DNA of 64,000 nucleotides from contig JAAZZH010000002.1 of assembly GCA_014239265.1 (NCBI GenBank), positions 49,554 to 113,553 of the forward strand. The letters are read 5' to 3'. Made by a program: the position numbers and the translations under genes. This DNA comes from Actinomycetota bacterium. GTDB lineage: Bacteria > Actinomycetota > Acidimicrobiia > Actinomarinales > Actinomarinaceae. Positions within the stretch are counted from its first letter, which is position 1. Each line of letters starts with the position of its first letter. This document shows, piece after piece, positions 37,416 to 47,327 of this stretch. The notes beneath the pieces were generated by a model. It had not been told where the DNA came from. It searched no databases and was given only the letters and a program-made list of their open reading frames with translations.

Positions 37416-38542
37416 AGAATGTACTTTTCATAGCTCCTACAACTTACAAACTTCCTCTTGATAAGAATATGCGTAAAAAATTTGAGTACTTGTCAGAAAT
37501 TTCCAATCTAAATGTAATTGCATTTGCAAATGAAAAAAAAGAAATGAATTTGGAGAATGCGAACCTTTACTTTTTCAAGAAAACAAAAAGCCGATTTTAT
37601 AATTATTTAAAGATAATGGTAGTTTCTTTGATTTCTATGAGGAAAATTATAAAAGATAACAATATAGAAATAGTCTGTTTTCAAGATCCAGTATCAAGCT
37701 TTCTTTCAATGCTGATTGTGAAAAAGAGATATAAAAGCATCAAAGTAATTGTAGAAACACATGGGGATTTTATAGAAACTCTTGGCTTAGAAAAAAACTT
37801 ATTATTCCCGAGTCTATACAAATATGTCTTCCAAAGGTTATCAAGATATACGATTCATAATGCAGATATTATTAGGGCAGTGTCATCCTCAACTGAAGCT
37901 CAGGTAAGAAAAATAAATAAGTCAAAAACTATCGTACGCTTTCCGGCTTGGGTCGATTTTGATGACTTTAAAGATATTAAAATTAATAGAGATAAAGATT
38001 CAAAATTTCGAATCTTATTCATAGGAAGTGTGACAGATAGAAAAAAGCCTCATTTAATTGTTGAAGCATTAAATTCTATTAAAAAAGAAAATGTTGAACT
38101 TTTAATTGTAGGGCCAACACCTAATTCCAAATATTTAGAAACTTTAAAAAACTTAATAAGTGAATATGCCTTAGACGACAATGTTAAATTCTTTGGAGAA
38201 GTAGACAGGGAAAGGGTAAAAAGTTTTTATTCTGAAATTAACTTAATGATTTTACCATCTGTATCAGAGGGTCTTGCAAGGGTTATATTTGAATCACAAG
38301 CTACGGCCTGCCCCGTTCTGGTAACCGATGCACCTGGCATGGGGGATATTGTTATAGAAGGTCAGACTGGCTATATCTTTGAAAGCAACAGTATCGAAAG
38401 TTTAGCTACAAAGATAAACCAAGTCGAAGAAAATTATGAAGAGGCGAAACACATAGGCACTAACGCAAAAGATTTTATTCTAAAAAACTATTCAACAGAA
38501 AACTTTAAGTTTAGTTTTAAAAAGATTTTCGATAGCGTTTAA
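37412..38542 (+). CDS. Glycosyltransferase, GT4 family (GT-B fold)
   Basis: 376 aa. C-terminal EX7E-type region (PSVSEGLARVIFESQATACPVLVTD). ATGA overlap with the hydrolase gene. Confidence 0.75.
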   Translation: MKNVLFIAPTTYKLPLDKNMRKKFEYLSEISNLNVIAFANEKKEMNLENANLYFFKKTKSRFYNYLKIMVVSLISMRKIIKDNNIEIVCFQDPVSSFLSMLIVKKRYKSIKVIVETHGDFIETLGLEKNLLFPSLYKYVFQRLSRYTIHNADIIRAVSSSTEAQVRKINKSKTIVRFPAWVDFDDFKDIKINRDKDSKFRILFIGSVTDRKKPHLIVEALNSIKKENVELLIVGPTPNSKYLETLKNLISEYALDDNVKFFGEVDRERVKSFYSEINLMILPSVSEGLARVIFESQATACPVLVTDAPGMGDIVIEGQTGYIFESNSIESLATKINQVEENYEEAKHIGTNAKDFILKNYSTENFKFSFKKIFDSV

Positions 38543-38598
38543 GACATCTAACAGCCAATTTTATAAAAATTGTCCACTGTTATTGCTATTCTTGAATC

Positions 38599-39621
38599 AT
38601 GGACATTGTACTTTATATAGTAAACATTATTCTTATGGCTACGGTTGTGTATTTTGTTACACGAAAAGAAGAGGTGCCAGAAAAAGATGATGAGTATCTA
38701 ATAAAGGGAATAGTCAGTGAGTTAATTGAAAATGAAGAATCTCAGATTTATAAGCTGTTAGATAAATCAGATAAAACTGTAAAAGATTTTTTAGAAAAAA
38801 CAGGTGAGATTAAAAGTTCAATATCTGGTGTTGATCAACAAACTAGAAACCTTATATCGGTACTAAATAACAACCAGAGCAGGGGACAGTGGGCTGAATT
38901 CCAAGTTGAAGACTTATTAGGAATCATGGAATATAAAGATGGAATACATTACGAATCCCAAAAAATTATGAATAGTGGAACAAAGCCGGACTTCACATTT
39001 TATTTACCAGATAATAAAACAATCAACATGGATTCAAAGTTTCCACTAAATCTATACATGCAGCTCTCTAAGCTAAATTTAGATTTAGAAGATGAGACCC
39101 TTGATGAGATATCACGCAAGCAAATCACTGAAAGCATAAAAACAAAAAACCGAGAATTTATTGATAAAGCAATTAAAACAAAAATTGATGAAACTTCAGG
39201 TAGAGAGGGATATATTTCAGCCGAAGAGGACACTGTTGACTTCGTCCTGATGTACATTCCTCTTGAAAACTTATACCACTTTTTACTTACTTCCGAAATC
39301 GGAGCAGCCAGAACTCCAGTAATACAATATGCCTTTTCAAAAAAAGTAATCCTAGTGAGTCCTCAAACACTCATGGCTTATCTAGAGACTATTAGGCATT
39401 CGATGAAGCTATTCAGTCTTCAAACTGACACAAAAAATATCCTTCTTGCTCATGAAAAAGTTAAAAGTGAAGTCAATAAATTTATCGATTCATTTGATGA
39501 AGTTACAAAACGGTTAGATCAAACAGTTGATTCATTTGAGAAACTAAAAACTACAAGGAAAAATAAATTAGAAAAATCTTTCGACGAATTAAATCAAGTT
39601 AATAAAAATAGCGAGGGCTAG
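38599..39621 (+). CDS. rmuC: DNA recombination protein RmuC
   Basis: 340 aa. N-terminal TM anchor, coiled-coil region, RmuC nuclease-like core (RGQWAEFQVEDLL ... PDFTFYLPDNKTINMDSKFPL ... DFVLMYIPLE). Confidence 0.8.
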   Translation: MDIVLYIVNIILMATVVYFVTRKEEVPEKDDEYLIKGIVSELIENEESQIYKLLDKSDKTVKDFLEKTGEIKSSISGVDQQTRNLISVLNNNQSRGQWAEFQVEDLLGIMEYKDGIHYESQKIMNSGTKPDFTFYLPDNKTINMDSKFPLNLYMQLSKLNLDLEDETLDEISRKQITESIKTKNREFIDKAIKTKIDETSGREGYISAEEDTVDFVLMYIPLENLYHFLLTSEIGAARTPVIQYAFSKKVILVSPQTLMAYLETIRHSMKLFSLQTDTKNILLAHEKVKSEVNKFIDSFDEVTKRLDQTVDSFEKLKTTRKNKLEKSFDELNQVNKNSEG

Positions 39622-39629
39622 TAGAGCTA

Positions 39630-40022
39630 TTAGTACGTATCTATTAAATTACTGACAACCATTATGCATTTATCATCAATGTAATTCTTTCTATTAGAAT
39701 CTAAATATTCTGAAATTTCAGCACTTTCTGCTCCAGGTTGGTACCAAAAATTATCGTAACCTTTTTCAACCAAGTCCTTAGTAATTTTGAATCCAATACT
39801 TGGAGGTACTACAAAATTTATAATTGAGGGACAGTCTGATATTTCCTGGACAGTTTTAAATACTTTTCTACCCTCTATTTCTACTTCTTTGTTGTTCACA
39901 GGAATTACGTCATAATCCTTACTAACAAGATCTATAAGTATTTTGTATCCAAACTTATTTTTATTTGTACTGGCACCAATTAGGGCAATAGAATTATTTT
40001 TATCTTTTAGAAGCTCAATCAA
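39630..40022 (-). CDS. CoA-binding domain protein (YccU/YneT-like)
   Basis: 130 aa. IALIGASTNKNKFGYKI Rossmann-like CoA-binding motif. TTG start directly abuts, in frame, the TAA stop of the upstream acyl-CoA dehydrogenase. Confidence 0.65.
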   Translation of the reverse strand: MIELLKDKNNSIALIGASTNKNKFGYKILIDLVSKDYDVIPVNNKEVEIEGRKVFKTVQEISDCPSIINFVVPPSIGFKITKDLVEKGYDNFWYQPGAESAEISEYLDSNRKNYIDDKCIMVVSNLIDTY

Positions 40023-41822
40023 TTAAAAGTTTTCAGATTTAATACTGTAAAGAGTATCCTTGCCAGCTTTTATAGATGAAGTATACCCAGATGCTAAAGG
40101 CAACAACTGTTCCATGTAAAACTTGGAGAGAGTAATCTTGTCAGCATAAAATTCATCTTTTGTTTCTTCTAATTTTTGTTTTGCTAATATTGCTGCCTTT
40201 GCCATGTAATATCCTCCAATTACTTGGCCAAACATTTTCATATAAGGTGTTGCTGCGGAGCTAGCGTCTACAAGCTCTCCCTCGAGCATTTTCCCACCAA
40301 GCCAAAGTGTTACTTCAGATAGATTATTTACTTCAACCTCTAGCAATGATGCCATATTTTGTAATTCCTCATCGCCATTTTTCATAGTTTCAACGGTTTC
40401 ATTTACCTCAGTGAGCAAACGCTGCATGGCTTGACCTCCGTCTAAAGGTAATTTTCTAAACATTAAATCTAGTGCTTGAATTCCATTTGTACCTTCATAG
40501 ATAGGTGCAATTCTTGAATCTCTTAAGTATTGAGCAACTCCAGTCTCTTCTACATAGCCCATTCCACCATAAACTTGTATAGCTATAGAACTTAGTTCAA
40601 CTCCTAAATCTGAAACCCAGGCTTTAGTTACAGGAGTGAGGATTCCACATCTTTCTTCACCAAAAGCTTTAGTTTCCTCATCCTCGGCAAAATATTCTAA
40701 ATCCATCATTAATTGGTTGTCATACATAAGGTATCTCATTGCATCGGTGTAGGACTTCATTGTCATTAACATTCTTCTAACATCTGCATGATCAATAATT
40801 GTTGAATTTTTCGCATCTTCTTTACTCATCCCAACAGGACGGCCTTGTACTCGATCTCGAGCATATTGAGCAGCTCCCTGGAAGGCAGGTACAGCACAAG
40901 ATAGGCCTTGTCCACCTACCCAAACTCTTGCTTCATTCATCATTGTGAACATGTAAGTTAAACCTCTATTTTCTTCACCAACCAAGTAACCCACGGCCCC
41001 TTCATTACCCCCATACTCCATAACACAGGTAGGGCTAGCGTGTATTCCTAGTTTTTCTTCGATCGAGAGACACTTAACTTCGTTTCTTTCTCCAAGTGAG
41101 CCATCATCATTTACTATGAACTTAGGAACAATAAACATTGAAATTCCCTTAGTTCCTTCTGGCGAACCGGGAGTCTTTGCAAGAACAAGATGTATTATAT
41201 TTTCAGTCATGTCATGCTCTCCAAAAGTAATCCATACTTTTGTACCTGTAATTCTATAGCTTCCATCTTCGCTTTTTTCAGCTTTAGTTGTAATAGTTCC
41301 AAGGTCTGAACCTGCTTGTGGTTCGCTGAGGTTCATTGTTCCAGTCCATTCACCAGAAACTAGTTTTGGAAGAAATTTATCTTTTTGTTCTTGGCTTCCA
41401 TGAAAATTAAGAGCTGAAATTGCTCCTGCACTTAGTCCGGGAGCCAAGCCAAATGCCAAATTTGCAGAGCTTAGAATTTCTAGTGTTCCACCCGATAGAA
41501 CGACAGGCATACCACCACCACCTATCTCAGAAGGAAGTGAAATAGATGACCACCCTGCTTCAGCAAATTTCTTGTAGGCATCAACAAATCCTTCGGGCAT
41601 AGTTACAACAGAATCTTTTATTGTTGCACCCTTTTCGTCGCCTACTGCATTAATTGGCGCTAAGACTTCTTCTGCAAACTTTCCACATTCTTCCATTGTT
41701 GGGATAACAATATCTTCTGAAAAATCGCTAAATTGACTAATTTTTGAAAGAACATCGTAGGAATTAATAACTTGATACCCGAATATGATATCTTTTACCG
41801 GAGCTTTATAATTTACAGCCAT
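40023..41822 (-). CDS. Long-form acyl-CoA dehydrogenase (with N- and C-terminal extension domains)
   Basis: 599 aa. ACAD core including the catalytic region YEGTNGIQALD and FAD-binding segments. Confidence 0.85.
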   Translation of the reverse strand: MAVNYKAPVKDIIFGYQVINSYDVLSKISQFSDFSEDIVIPTMEECGKFAEEVLAPINAVGDEKGATIKDSVVTMPEGFVDAYKKFAEAGWSSISLPSEIGGGGMPVVLSGGTLEILSSANLAFGLAPGLSAGAISALNFHGSQEQKDKFLPKLVSGEWTGTMNLSEPQAGSDLGTITTKAEKSEDGSYRITGTKVWITFGEHDMTENIIHLVLAKTPGSPEGTKGISMFIVPKFIVNDDGSLGERNEVKCLSIEEKLGIHASPTCVMEYGGNEGAVGYLVGEENRGLTYMFTMMNEARVWVGGQGLSCAVPAFQGAAQYARDRVQGRPVGMSKEDAKNSTIIDHADVRRMLMTMKSYTDAMRYLMYDNQLMMDLEYFAEDEETKAFGEERCGILTPVTKAWVSDLGVELSSIAIQVYGGMGYVEETGVAQYLRDSRIAPIYEGTNGIQALDLMFRKLPLDGGQAMQRLLTEVNETVETMKNGDEELQNMASLLEVEVNNLSEVTLWLGGKMLEGELVDASSAATPYMKMFGQVIGGYYMAKAAILAKQKLEETKDEFYADKITLSKFYMEQLLPLASGYTSSIKAGKDTLYSIKSENF

Positions 41823-41861
41823 TATTTAATTTTACTATAAAGTAAATAAAACGCCCAATTT

Positions 41862-42731
41862 TTATCTTGGACTAACATCTACAAGTTCTGATATTTCAGC
41901 TATTTTTTCAAGAGTAGGCAGTTCACCTGTACCCGCTAAGATGGCCCCTGCAGCACATGCATTTTTTATAGTTGAAATGATATCCTCAACTCCATTTGCG
42001 GCAATATAAGCAGCTGTTACATCTCCAGCACCTGTTGCATTAACTGTTTTAAAGTCAGGTGGCGTAATCTCTATAGCACCTTCCGAGCTGATTAATCTTG
42101 CAGGCAAGTTTGAGTGTGTTAACAATATTCTTGATACAAGTTCGTTATTCAATAAATTTTCAGCTTCTATTACGTCTATCTCATCTTTGCTAACAACCAA
42201 AAAATCAATTTCATAATCGATTGGATATTCGTATCCTGCTTGGACAACGAAAACACCACTTTTTTTAATCTCAGTTATCGAGTTTTTAACATTAGGTATG
42301 GAGTACCTGTCAACAAGAAGAGACTGAAAGTTTTTTACTTCAGAGAGCTTATTCCAGGTGCAGTTTGAATAACCCGAAGACACAATAGTTCTTTCACCAT
42401 CTCTATCAACAAAGATAGAGCATGTCGGAGTTGGGTTATCAGTCAAGATTATCTCTTCATGTAAAATATTTTTCTCTCTCAGCTCACTCAGTAAATATTC
42501 ACCTAGAGCATCTTTGCCAATACTGTTACCTAGAACAGAAACAGACATTCCCCAGTTGGCAATATTTTCAGCACAGTTTATTGCAGTTCCTCCAGCTCTG
42601 ATATTGTAATTATTACTTCTAATATCTCCTCCAGCCTCAGGGAGATCATCAATAAAATATATAAGATCAGGATTTAAAGTTCCATAACATAAAGTTTTTT
42701 CATAAACCATAGCTCTTTTATAATATATCAA
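41862..42731 (-). CDS. PfkB-family carbohydrate/nucleoside kinase (ribokinase-like)
   Basis: 289 aa. GGTAINCA and C-terminal TGAGDVTAAY anion-hole motif. The start may be the internal ATG at 42710. Confidence 0.75.
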   Translation of the reverse strand: MIYYKRAMVYEKTLCYGTLNPDLIYFIDDLPEAGGDIRSNNYNIRAGGTAINCAENIANWGMSVSVLGNSIGKDALGEYLLSELREKNILHEEIILTDNPTPTCSIFVDRDGERTIVSSGYSNCTWNKLSEVKNFQSLLVDRYSIPNVKNSITEIKKSGVFVVQAGYEYPIDYEIDFLVVSKDEIDVIEAENLLNNELVSRILLTHSNLPARLISSEGAIEITPPDFKTVNATGAGDVTAAYIAANGVEDIISTIKNACAAGAILAGTGELPTLEKIAEISELVDVSPR

Positions 42732-42753
42732 AACAATACGAAAGGTATTAAAA

Positions 42754-43119
42754 ATGAAAGTTGCTTACATTCTCAATTCGCCAAATGCGGCTAATTATAA
42801 AGTTGGAGAAATGATACTTCCACAATTGGAAGCTGATAACCATGGTGTTGAAGTAGTAGGTATTTTCTTTTTTGACGACAATACAATGTTGCTCCAAAAA
42901 GGAAATCCTAAAGGAGAAAGGTTAGCAAAAGTTGCTGCTGAAAAAGGAATGCTATTGATGATGTGTGATCAATGTGCAAACCAACGAGGTCTTGCATCTA
43001 AAAATGCAGAGGGTGGTTATACCCCTGAAGGAACAGTTGAGGGAGTAGCCGCAGGTTGTTTCCCAGACTTGTACCAAGCCTTATCTGGCAACATGCCTGA
43101 TCAAGTTATATCTTTATAA
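42754..43119 (+). CDS. DsrE/TusD-like small sulfur-relay-fold protein
   Basis: 121 aa. Rossmann-like beta-alpha start (KVAYILNS), conserved Cys pair MMCDQCANQRG. Family call is tentative. Confidence 0.5.
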   Translation: MKVAYILNSPNAANYKVGEMILPQLEADNHGVEVVGIFFFDDNTMLLQKGNPKGERLAKVAAEKGMLLMMCDQCANQRGLASKNAEGGYTPEGTVEGVAAGCFPDLYQALSGNMPDQVISL

Positions 43120-45084
43120 CTAAACTAGACCACTTATAACAGCTGTAAGGATGAGGATTAGTAAATAACTTATTAGTCCTCCTCCAATAGCTGCGTATTT
43201 CATTGTCTTCGATATAGAGCTTGGTCCAATCAAATGGTATGCAAGAACTCCAAAAAATGGTACTAAAAATACAACAGCTAACCATATATATTTTTTTGCA
43301 CCTTCAACTTGCTTGTTAGTGTTTAAATCATACAACGCAAGAGCTGTCCATGCTGAATAAAGCACAAACGGCATCAAGTATCCATATAACTGAAACAATA
43401 ACTGCCAAATACTTGGACTTGAAATAGGCACTCCACTCATTATTATCTCCTTTTTTGCTTCATATAAATTATCTAAATTTTGGTCATCCATTAAGTCATA
43501 GGGAAGTGTTATTGCCTCTAAATCTGGAACATAAAAAAGATTCACAGCTGGATTAGGTATATTGATATTTTGAAATGCCATGTTTGTTTGTTCTTTAGGC
43601 CACGGGTACTCTTTGTATCTATTTTTATCAAGTTCTTGATTTTGTGCATCTGCAAAAAATCCAGCGAGCATCATTAGCCCTGAAACATCACCTTGAAGAG
43701 GAAATCTGGATAAAAGACCACCCTCTTCAATAGAGGAACAACTATGCAGCTGTTCAAGAAGAGGTGGTGTCGAAGTTTGATAGACATTACCCTCATAGCA
43801 ATTCCCCGGACCCCAAGGTCCAGCCAGTGCCAAATCTGTGTAGCCTGAGTCAAGAACAACATTGTCTTTTACTTGAACATGTTGGGAAAAATATAATTTT
43901 GCATCAAGCATAGGGCTAGCAACTATTCCATACTTATCGTGATTAATCACAATATTCTTTTCTATAATGTCGCCAACTCTTCCAGGTACAACTATTCCCA
44001 TCCCCTTTGCCACTAAGCCGAAACGGTTAGTAGGAGCTTCATAGTTATTATTATCGATGACTAAATTACCTATTATTGTTGTCTCTCTACCTGGAGGATT
44101 TAGTTCAGAATCTAATGTATTTGGTACAATCCCTGACATATTATTTTGCCAAATATTATTGTATAAATAAAGATGACCTCCAGCGTTGGTTCCAGAGTAT
44201 CCAAGAGCATTTCCTTCAATGACATTATCATAAATTAATGTGTTGCAGGGATAACATTGTCCAATGTAAATTCCACTATCAGGATGACCTGATGCGTATA
44301 TATTATCAAATATTCCATCAGTTGAGTCAAATGCATAAACGCCATAATCGCCATTATTGTAAACCGTTAAATATGATCCCTTGAAACCCTTTGATCCATT
44401 CCAGTAAACACCATTCAGGGAAAAATTTCTTACTGATAGATTTTCAACACTTACACCGTCTGTGTCATAAATTTGAATGCCATTTTCTCTCATAAATTCA
44501 CCATCAATGATTACTGAGTTTCTATCAGTACCTCTAATTGTTAGATAAGGGGTGGTTACTGTGACACTTTCGTTATAAACACCTGGACTTATCAGTATTA
44601 AATCTCCAGTAAAAGCATCATCTACTGCATCTTGGATAGTCTCAAAACTCTTACCTGCACCAACTTCTAATACATTTGAACTAGTCACATAATTGACTTC
44701 CTCAACAGGGGCTGTATATTCAACATCGCCTACAATTATTGTCCCAACCATGCCTTTGTTATTTGTTCCGTGATACGGGCAGTAGTATTCATAAATACCT
44801 GGTTCATCAAAGGTATATTCATATTGATCACCTTTGGTAATAATTCCGTATTCAAAATAATCTGAAGAAATTGCCTGCCATGAACCATCGCTTGCGATTA
44901 CATTATGATTATTAGAACCACCAGACTCCCAAACTACAGTTGAACCTACAGGTACATTGATGACTTTTGGCGAAAACTCATCATCAACTATCCTAATTAT
45001 TAGCGAACCCTCAGAAGACGCATCTCCATTGCCACATGCAGCCAAAAAGATTATTAAAAGGGTTAATTTAAAATGCTTAATCAC
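43120..45084 (-). CDS. Lipoprotein with cupredoxin domain + right-handed parallel beta-helix (NosD-like) + C-terminal PLDc_N-like membrane anchor
   Basis: Lipobox LAAC. Type-1 copper ligand pattern (NNHNV ... YYCPYHGTNNKGM). Repeated N/G/I-rich beta-helix turns (SVENLSVRNFSLNGVYW, NNGDYGVYA, SGIYIGQ, GNALGYSG...). C-terminal helices WLAVVFLVPFFGVLAYHLIG. Confidence 0.6.
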   Translation of the reverse strand: MIKHFKLTLLIIFLAACGNGDASSEGSLIIRIVDDEFSPKVINVPVGSTVVWESGGSNNHNVIASDGSWQAISSDYFEYGIITKGDQYEYTFDEPGIYEYYCPYHGTNNKGMVGTIIVGDVEYTAPVEEVNYVTSSNVLEVGAGKSFETIQDAVDDAFTGDLILISPGVYNESVTVTTPYLTIRGTDRNSVIIDGEFMRENGIQIYDTDGVSVENLSVRNFSLNGVYWNGSKGFKGSYLTVYNNGDYGVYAFDSTDGIFDNIYASGHPDSGIYIGQCYPCNTLIYDNVIEGNALGYSGTNAGGHLYLYNNIWQNNMSGIVPNTLDSELNPPGRETTIIGNLVIDNNNYEAPTNRFGLVAKGMGIVVPGRVGDIIEKNIVINHDKYGIVASPMLDAKLYFSQHVQVKDNVVLDSGYTDLALAGPWGPGNCYEGNVYQTSTPPLLEQLHSCSSIEEGGLLSRFPLQGDVSGLMMLAGFFADAQNQELDKNRYKEYPWPKEQTNMAFQNINIPNPAVNLFYVPDLEAITLPYDLMDDQNLDNLYEAKKEIIMSGVPISSPSIWQLLFQLYGYLMPFVLYSAWTALALYDLNTNKQVEGAKKYIWLAVVFLVPFFGVLAYHLIGPSSISKTMKYAAIGGGLISYLLILILTAVISGLV

Positions 45085-45113
45085 ATCACTATTTTAGCAA
45101 GTAATATGATGGC

Positions 45114-45377
45114 ATGGATAACAAAGTATGGGTTTGCCCAAAATGTAGTACCTCTGGTTCAATTCAGGACAAGAAAGATAAAACACGCAACAAAGAAGTT
45201 GTATCGACATCACACACAAGAGAGAAAGTCTCAATGACTAGTGGTGGACTCTCAAAATTTTTTAATGTTCAAAATCAGAAATTTTATGTAATTACTTGCA
45301 GTAAATGTTCATATTCAGAGTTTTATAGAGCTGATGTAAAAGCTTGGGAAAATATTATCGACTTTTTTGGAAACTAG
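45114..45377 (+). CDS. Zinc-ribbon protein (Zn_ribbon_13/DUF2082-like)
   Basis: 87 aa. CPKC ... CSKC cysteine pairs with an intervening GGLSKFFNVQNQKF motif. Confidence 0.6.
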   Translation: MDNKVWVCPKCSTSGSIQDKKDKTRNKEVVSTSHTREKVSMTSGGLSKFFNVQNQKFYVITCSKCSYSEFYRADVKAWENIIDFFGN

Positions 45378-45440
45378 ACGAGTTTTAAATAAAAAATCAA
45401 AAATATTTATAAAATATAACAACCCTATACTTACTTCCTT

Positions 45441-47264
45441 ATGGCAAAAGAAACTATTAGAAATATTGCAATCATCGCACATGTTGACCATGGAAAAACA
45501 ACTTTAGTTGACGGACTTCTACAGCAAAGTGGGACATTTAGCGATCATCAAGTATTAGAAGATAGAGTAATGGACTCAGGAGATCTTGAAAAAGAAAGAG
45601 GCATTACCATAACCTCAAAAAATACAGCAATTCACTATAACGATATAAAAATTAATATTGTAGACACCCCAGGCCATGCTGATTTTGGTGGAGAGGTTGA
45701 AAGAAGTCTTAATTTAGTCGATGGAGTACTTCTCCTGGTTGACTCCAGTGAGGGTCCGTTACCTCAAACAAGATTTGTTTTAAAAAAAGCACTAGAAAGA
45801 GATTTACCCGTAATTTTGGTAATCAATAAAATTGACAGACCAGATGCTCGAATTGATGAGGTAGTAGAAGAAGTATATGATTTGTTCATTGATTTAGATG
45901 CAAACGATAAACAGATAGAATTTCCAATTCTCTACACGAATGCAAAAGATGGTATTGCTCATGAGTCTTTAGGTGATGAGTCAAACGATCTAATTCCATT
46001 GTTAAATTTAATAACTACTTTTTTTAGTGGGCCCAATACAGATGACTCCCTTAGTCCACAATTTTTAGTAACCAACCTTTCTTATGACTCCTATGTCGGT
46101 CAGGTTGCCATAGGGAGGTTAGACAACGGAATACTTGAGATGAATAAACAATATAGTTTATGCGGAAAAGAACAAACAGTAAATAATCAAAAGTTTTCAG
46201 CTATGTATACATTTAAAGGCCTTGAAAAGGTAAAAGTCGACACACTTGAATCAGGAGACATAATTGCTATTGCCGGTATAGATAATGTACAGATTGGCGA
46301 CACCATTTCCAGTAATGAGAATCCAAACCCTCTTCCAAGAATTGAAATTGATGAACCAACAGTCTCAATTTTTTTCCATGTAAACAATGGACCATTTGCG
46401 GGTAGAGAAGGTAAATATGTAACCTCAAGAAATATCAGTGACAGGTTACAGAAAGAAATCTTAAGTAATGTATCTTTACAAATTATCCCAAGTGAGAAAA
46501 CAGATGTTTTTGAGGTTAGGGGTCGAGGAGAGCTTCAAATGGCAGTACTAATTGAAACCATGAGAAGAGAAGGATATGAGTTTATGGTTTCTAGACCTGA
46601 AGTCATCGTTAAAGAAATTGATGGAAAAAAAAGTGAACCTATGGAAAAAGTTTTTATTGATACGCCCGAAGACTATGTAGGCGTAGTCACAGAAAAGCTT
46701 TCTAAGAGAAAAGGCAAAATGACAAATCTCATGAATAATGGTTTTGGAAGAGCAACTCTTGAATTCTCGATTCCCTCTAGGGGCTTAATTGGTTTTAGGA
46801 ATCAATTCTTAACAGATACAAGAGGTTCAGGCATAATGAACTCTTTATTTGATGGCTACGCACCATGGGCTGGTGAAATACCTCAAAGAACAAATGGAGT
46901 ATTGATTTCTGATAGAAATGGAAAGGTCACCCCTTACGCAAGTCTTGCAATGGTTGACAGAGGTATTCTTTTCATCCCTCCAGGTACAGAAGTATTTGAG
47001 GGAATGATTATCGGAGAAAGAAATAATGAAGGCGATTTAGAGGTAAATATTACAAAAGAAAAGAAACTTACAAACCATCGCGCGTCAGGATCAGATGAAA
47101 CAATCCCACTTAGACCCCCACAACTAATGTCTTTAGATCAGTGCATAGAATTTATTTCAGAGGGTGAGTTTGTAGAAGTCACACCAGAGTCAATAAGATT
47201 AAGAAAATCTGAACTTAATGCTACCCAACGTGCATTAAATAAAAAGAAAGAGAAAACCAGATAA
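45441..47264 (+). CDS. typA: Translational GTPase TypA/BipA
   Basis: 607 aa. G1 AHVDHGKTT, G3 DTPGHADF, G4 NKID, EF-G-like domain layout. Confidence 0.95.
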   Translation: MAKETIRNIAIIAHVDHGKTTLVDGLLQQSGTFSDHQVLEDRVMDSGDLEKERGITITSKNTAIHYNDIKINIVDTPGHADFGGEVERSLNLVDGVLLLVDSSEGPLPQTRFVLKKALERDLPVILVINKIDRPDARIDEVVEEVYDLFIDLDANDKQIEFPILYTNAKDGIAHESLGDESNDLIPLLNLITTFFSGPNTDDSLSPQFLVTNLSYDSYVGQVAIGRLDNGILEMNKQYSLCGKEQTVNNQKFSAMYTFKGLEKVKVDTLESGDIIAIAGIDNVQIGDTISSNENPNPLPRIEIDEPTVSIFFHVNNGPFAGREGKYVTSRNISDRLQKEILSNVSLQIIPSEKTDVFEVRGRGELQMAVLIETMRREGYEFMVSRPEVIVKEIDGKKSEPMEKVFIDTPEDYVGVVTEKLSKRKGKMTNLMNNGFGRATLEFSIPSRGLIGFRNQFLTDTRGSGIMNSLFDGYAPWAGEIPQRTNGVLISDRNGKVTPYASLAMVDRGILFIPPGTEVFEGMIIGERNNEGDLEVNITKEKKLTNHRASGSDETIPLRPPQLMSLDQCIEFISEGEFVEVTPESIRLRKSELNATQRALNKKKEKTR

Positions 47265-47327
47265 CTCAGTCTGTAGAGCACTTGTCTGAAAAACAAGGGG
47301 TCGGCAGTTCGATTCTGCCTCTGGCCA
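47255..47327 (+). tRNA. tRNA-Phe(GAA)-like gene with a non-canonical 5' half (possible pseudogene)
   Basis: Manual cloverleaf, 73 nt. Anticodon stem CTTGT/ACAAG, loop CTGAAAA (GAA). T-arm GGCAG-TTCGATT-CTGCC; acceptor 3' strand TCTGGCC plus A. The 5' strand AACCAGA gives A-C mismatches at 1:72 and 2:71, the D-stem has A10-C25, and the D-loop reads TCTGT (no G18). Overlaps the typA stop by 10 nt. No encoded CCA. Confidence 0.6.

Noticed and set aside
42754-43119. DsrE-like protein as a third selenoprotein (DsrE-like selenoproteins are known from marine metagenomes).
   Set aside because: The ORF is complete, with an ordinary ATG, Shine-Dalgarno and TAA stop. It encodes Cys (CDQC) at the candidate redox positions and has no in-frame TGA.
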